64,000 bases of DNA, taken from positions 1 through 64,000 of the forward strand of contig NIVC01000231.1 in the NCBI GenBank assembly GCA_002269645.1. Direction: 5' to 3'. This document shows, in pieces, positions 60,567 to 64,000 of this stretch; positions within the stretch are counted from its first letter, which is position 1; every line of letters begins with the position of its first letter. The notes beneath the pieces were generated by a model, which saw nothing but the letters and a program-made list of their open reading frames with translations, was not told where the DNA came from and ran no database searches. Source of the DNA: Macrostomum lignano (taxonomy: Eukaryota). The position numbers were made by a program, and so were the translations under genes.

Positions 60567-61140
60567 CGAGGGTCATCCCAAAAGTTCTCTGTATCACTGA
60601 ATTACTCCTACAAACTGGAACCAATTTTGAAGAAACTGCACACAAACTTGCACCAATATCTGCACACAACATTGATGAATTTTCATAAAAAAATCTCCAT
60701 GCAATTAGAAATAACAAGCTGAGTTGTCCAACACCTTCAGAGCAAATGGACAGCTCTCACATTGACTTCTTTAACTGGCACAGTGCAGCTTGTGCAGCAT
60801 CAACGACTGAATAGGCAAGTGTCACAAGCAGAAAAGTGAATGAACTTGACAAGAATTCCATCATTTATTCTTGAATGACTGGCTGACTCACATGACTGGT
60901 CGGTGATGCTGCACGAGCTGCACTGTGCCAGTTAAAGAAGTCAATGTGAGAGCTGTCCATTTGCTCTGAAGGTGTTGGACAACTCAGCTTGTTATTTCTA
61001 ATTGCATGGAGATTTTTTAATGAAAATTCATCAATGTTGTGTGCAGATATTGGTGCAAGTTTGTGTGCAGTTTCTTCAAAATTGGTTCCAGTTTGTAGGA
61101 GTAATTCAGTGATACAGAGAACTTTTGGGATGACCCTTTG
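60567..61140. mobile_element. Tc1/mariner-type MITE (574 bp) with ~230-bp near-perfect inverted arms
   Basis: TA|CGAGGGTCATCCCAAAAG ... CTTTTGGGATGACCCTTTG|TA; TA TSD. Confidence 0.9.
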
Positions 61141-62409
61141 TAGACAAAAGCTTAATCTACAGCTGCAGCTATTAGCAAAGAACATAAATTCATTCTAAGA
61201 ACATCATCAGAAACAATTGAATTTCACAGATCAATAAAAATAATATTGTTTAAAAATATTCCATATACAATAAATGTAATTTTATTAGTAAGTAGCGATA
61301 TTTAAATGAAAACAAATATACAACAACATAAAATATAGTATAGTACATTGATTAGGCAAATTGTGAATCTTTAAAAATATACTGTTGCTTCAAAGAATAT
61401 ATTTACTTACCTATTTAGGGATCCAGTAACAGTAACAATAATAGTAATAAGTAATTCGGCACCTCAGCCATTGATCAGGCTCTTACGCTACTAGATAAAT
61501 ATGAATTCCAGGTTGGGAGTGTACTTATGTACACTGAGATCCTAATTGGAGCTAAGAGGACTATACAAAGGGCAAATGACAGATCAAAAACCTCCCCAGG
61601 GGACAGTGACAGCCCAAAAATCCAGGTTAGATAGACCCCATGCCTATTAGGGTTAGCCCGAAAGCTGAGGGCCATGGCTACCATGCTGGGGCTGACCACC
61701 CACCACCCCCGGGTACTCAAGCCAAATGTACATAAACCTCCCCGGGGCCAGAGGGGATAGAGTAAACCATTCAGGGAAGCCCGTGCCTTCTCCTGGGTTA
61801 GATAAGCCAAAAACTGGTCATATGACCGCCCCTACAGCCATGGCAACCCGAAGGAGCCTCCCCCCAACTAAACCCCGGGTACTCTTGCCAGACAGTCTCT
61901 TATCATTGAATCAGCAGGAGGGCTAATCGCCGGGACTATTTCACCCTTTGCTTCGCCAACCCACCATTTCTATAATGACCATGCCAACGGTCTCGTCCTG
62001 CTCAGACTCAGTCCATAGCTTGTTTATTAAGCGAAAAATTTAATTGGTTCGTATATAAGAGACTTTATGATAGAGCAGCACATCAGAACACAGGAAATTG
62101 AGGAGGAGGAGGAAAGAAAGAAGGGAAGAGGAAATGAATGGGCAGACAAGCTATGGCTGAGATTGCTCGCCCATTGGATGAGTTTGGTTGAAAAAACGTG
62201 ATAGTCTATGGTTCAAACTACCTCCTTCGTCGTATTGAAATCTATGGGATGGATGAGTTTGCTTGCTCCTTGGCTGAGATAGCTCGCAAAAACCAATACT
62301 TTGTATGCTTGTGAAAAAGTTGTGTAAAAGTTGTGAAACCTGTGTTGCACCTGCACTAATGCTTTGAATTTCTTACCCCACTTTTCAGATTTGATAACAA
62401 CAATTAAAC

Positions 62410-64000
62410 ATGCAAACACAAAACAAATATATCTATTTGGTAATAGTTGTGTGCCATATTATTTTGTATTGCACCTCAATCACTGAACAGTCTGTACTCC
62501 GTTTTGAGGCGCCACATCCATTTGAGCCACAGTCAGCCATCAATCTGTCGCCTCCACCGCCAGTTGTCTTTGTTACAAAGACTTTCACTAGTCAGATTGA
62601 TCACTTCTCATTCAATCCCTATTTGGGAAGTTTCCGAGTTCGCTACTTGATTAATGACACCTATTATCAACCTGGATCGCCTATTCTATTCTACACTGGA
62701 AATGAAGGTAGAATTGAAGCATTTGCTAATAACACCCTCATCATGTGGCAAATGGCTCCTGTGATTAATGCCGCTCTTGTGTTTGTTGAGCATCGTTACT
62801 ATGGCAACAGTATGCCATTTGGCGATCATTCGATGGACAATGCGTCTACACTTGCCTATCTAACTGCCGAGCAGGCATTGGCTGATTTTGCTTATTTTTT
62901 GACGAATTTGAAATACTTGGAGCCTCGACTTGTTGCTAAACGCTCCCCAGTGATTGCTATTGGTGGCTCCTATGGAGGCATGCTATCTGCCTGGATGCGC
63001 CAGAAATATCCTCATCTAGTACAGGGCGCTCTGGCCTCCTCTGCTCCCGTTTTACAATTTATTAACGTCACCAGTTGTTACGCATTTTCTGCCGCTGTGT
63101 CTAATGCGTTTACTAAGGCTTCGCCTAATTGTTCTGTGAGTTGTATTGGTTGCTATACTGCAATTGGGAGTAGATTGCATTGGGTGCGTCTTTACTCATT
63201 AGTACAATTAAAGCTGTGTCTTTTGTCTCACTGGTAAGGGCATTGGGGGTGGGTGTCTTCACTTTGACTGATAAGGGGAATGGGGTGGGTGTCTTTGCTC
63301 TGACTGATAAGGGGAATGGGGTGGGTGTCTTCCCTCTCATTGATAAGGGGAATGAGGTGGGTGTCTTCGCTCTGACTGATAAGGGGAATGGGGTGGGTGT
63401 CTTCCCTCTCATTGATAAGGGGAATGGGGTGGGTGTCTTCGCTCTGACTGATAATGGAAATGGGGTGGGTGTCTTCCCTCTGACTGATAAGGGGAATGGG
63501 GTGGGTGTTTTCGCTCTGACTGATAAGGGGGATGGGGTGGGTGTCTTCCCTCTGACTGATAAGGGGGATGGGGTGGGTGTCTTCGCTCTGACTGATAAGG
63601 GGAATGGGGTGGGTGTCTGCTCTGACTGATAAGGGAAATGGGATGGGTGTCTTCGCTCTGACTGTTAAGGGAAATGGGTGGGCGTCTTTGCTCTGACGAT
63701 GATATTTTGTAAAGAAAATGATATTTCGGATTTAGTCCAACAAACATACACGGCACAAATATGCTATGCACACAAACACACCCTACAGGCCAACATACGC
63801 AAGTCCTGGTCGGCCATCGATCGCACTGCAGCCAGCGGTCAGTCGGGTCTTCTAAAGCTATCAAAAATATTTGCCACCTGTTCGCCTCTAACTAGTAAAT
63901 CAGACGTTAATGGTTTAAAAGCTTGGATTGTATCAGCTTACGTGACGGCTGCAATGGTTAATTATCCGTATCCGGCAAGCTTTCTGCTGCCACTGCCAGC
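62410..64000 (+). CDS. PRCP: Lysosomal Pro-X carboxypeptidase (peptidase S28), 3'-truncated by window end
   Basis: Exon 62410-63135 has a signal peptide, IDHFSF, FYTGNEG, EHRYYGNS, EQALADFA and the nucleophile motif GGSYGGMLSAWMRQKYP. Phase-0 intron. Exon 63789->64000 reads ANIRKSW...AMVNYPYPASFLLPLPA. Confidence 0.93.
63240..63695. repeat. 36-bp G-rich minisatellite (GATAAGGGGAATGGGGTGGGTGTCTTCGCTCTGACT), PRCP intron
   Basis: About 12 copies. Confidence 0.95.

Overview
Eukaryotic (invertebrate) genomic DNA with GC-richer exons and AT-rich, repeat-filled introns; the style suggests a flatworm, but this is inference only. I can assemble four spliced protein-coding genes by hand from GT-AG boundaries and phase. 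(1) A 5'-incomplete DSTYK-like dynamin-type GTPase/kinase (+, 1072-9626). (2) A ~1450-aa voltage-gated calcium channel alpha2delta subunit (+, 11873-32294). (3) TCTP/TPT1 (-, 42785-34576). (4) The 5' part of a lysosomal Pro-X carboxypeptidase (+, 62410 to window end). Most large introns carry their own minisatellite, which explains nearly all the long low-complexity ORFs in the six-frame track. Mobile DNA includes an RTE-type LINE, a decayed Merlin transposon with a cognate MITE, hAT-, mariner-, P-like and MULE/Foldback-like MITEs, a SINE remnant and two putative solo LTRs. The most unusual element is a 12.9-kb head-to-tail Helitron dimer (46181-59096). Each copy carries telomere-type repeats and two tRNA-like Pol III cassettes, each followed by a different satellite array; one array has expanded into a ~1.3-kb higher-order repeat.
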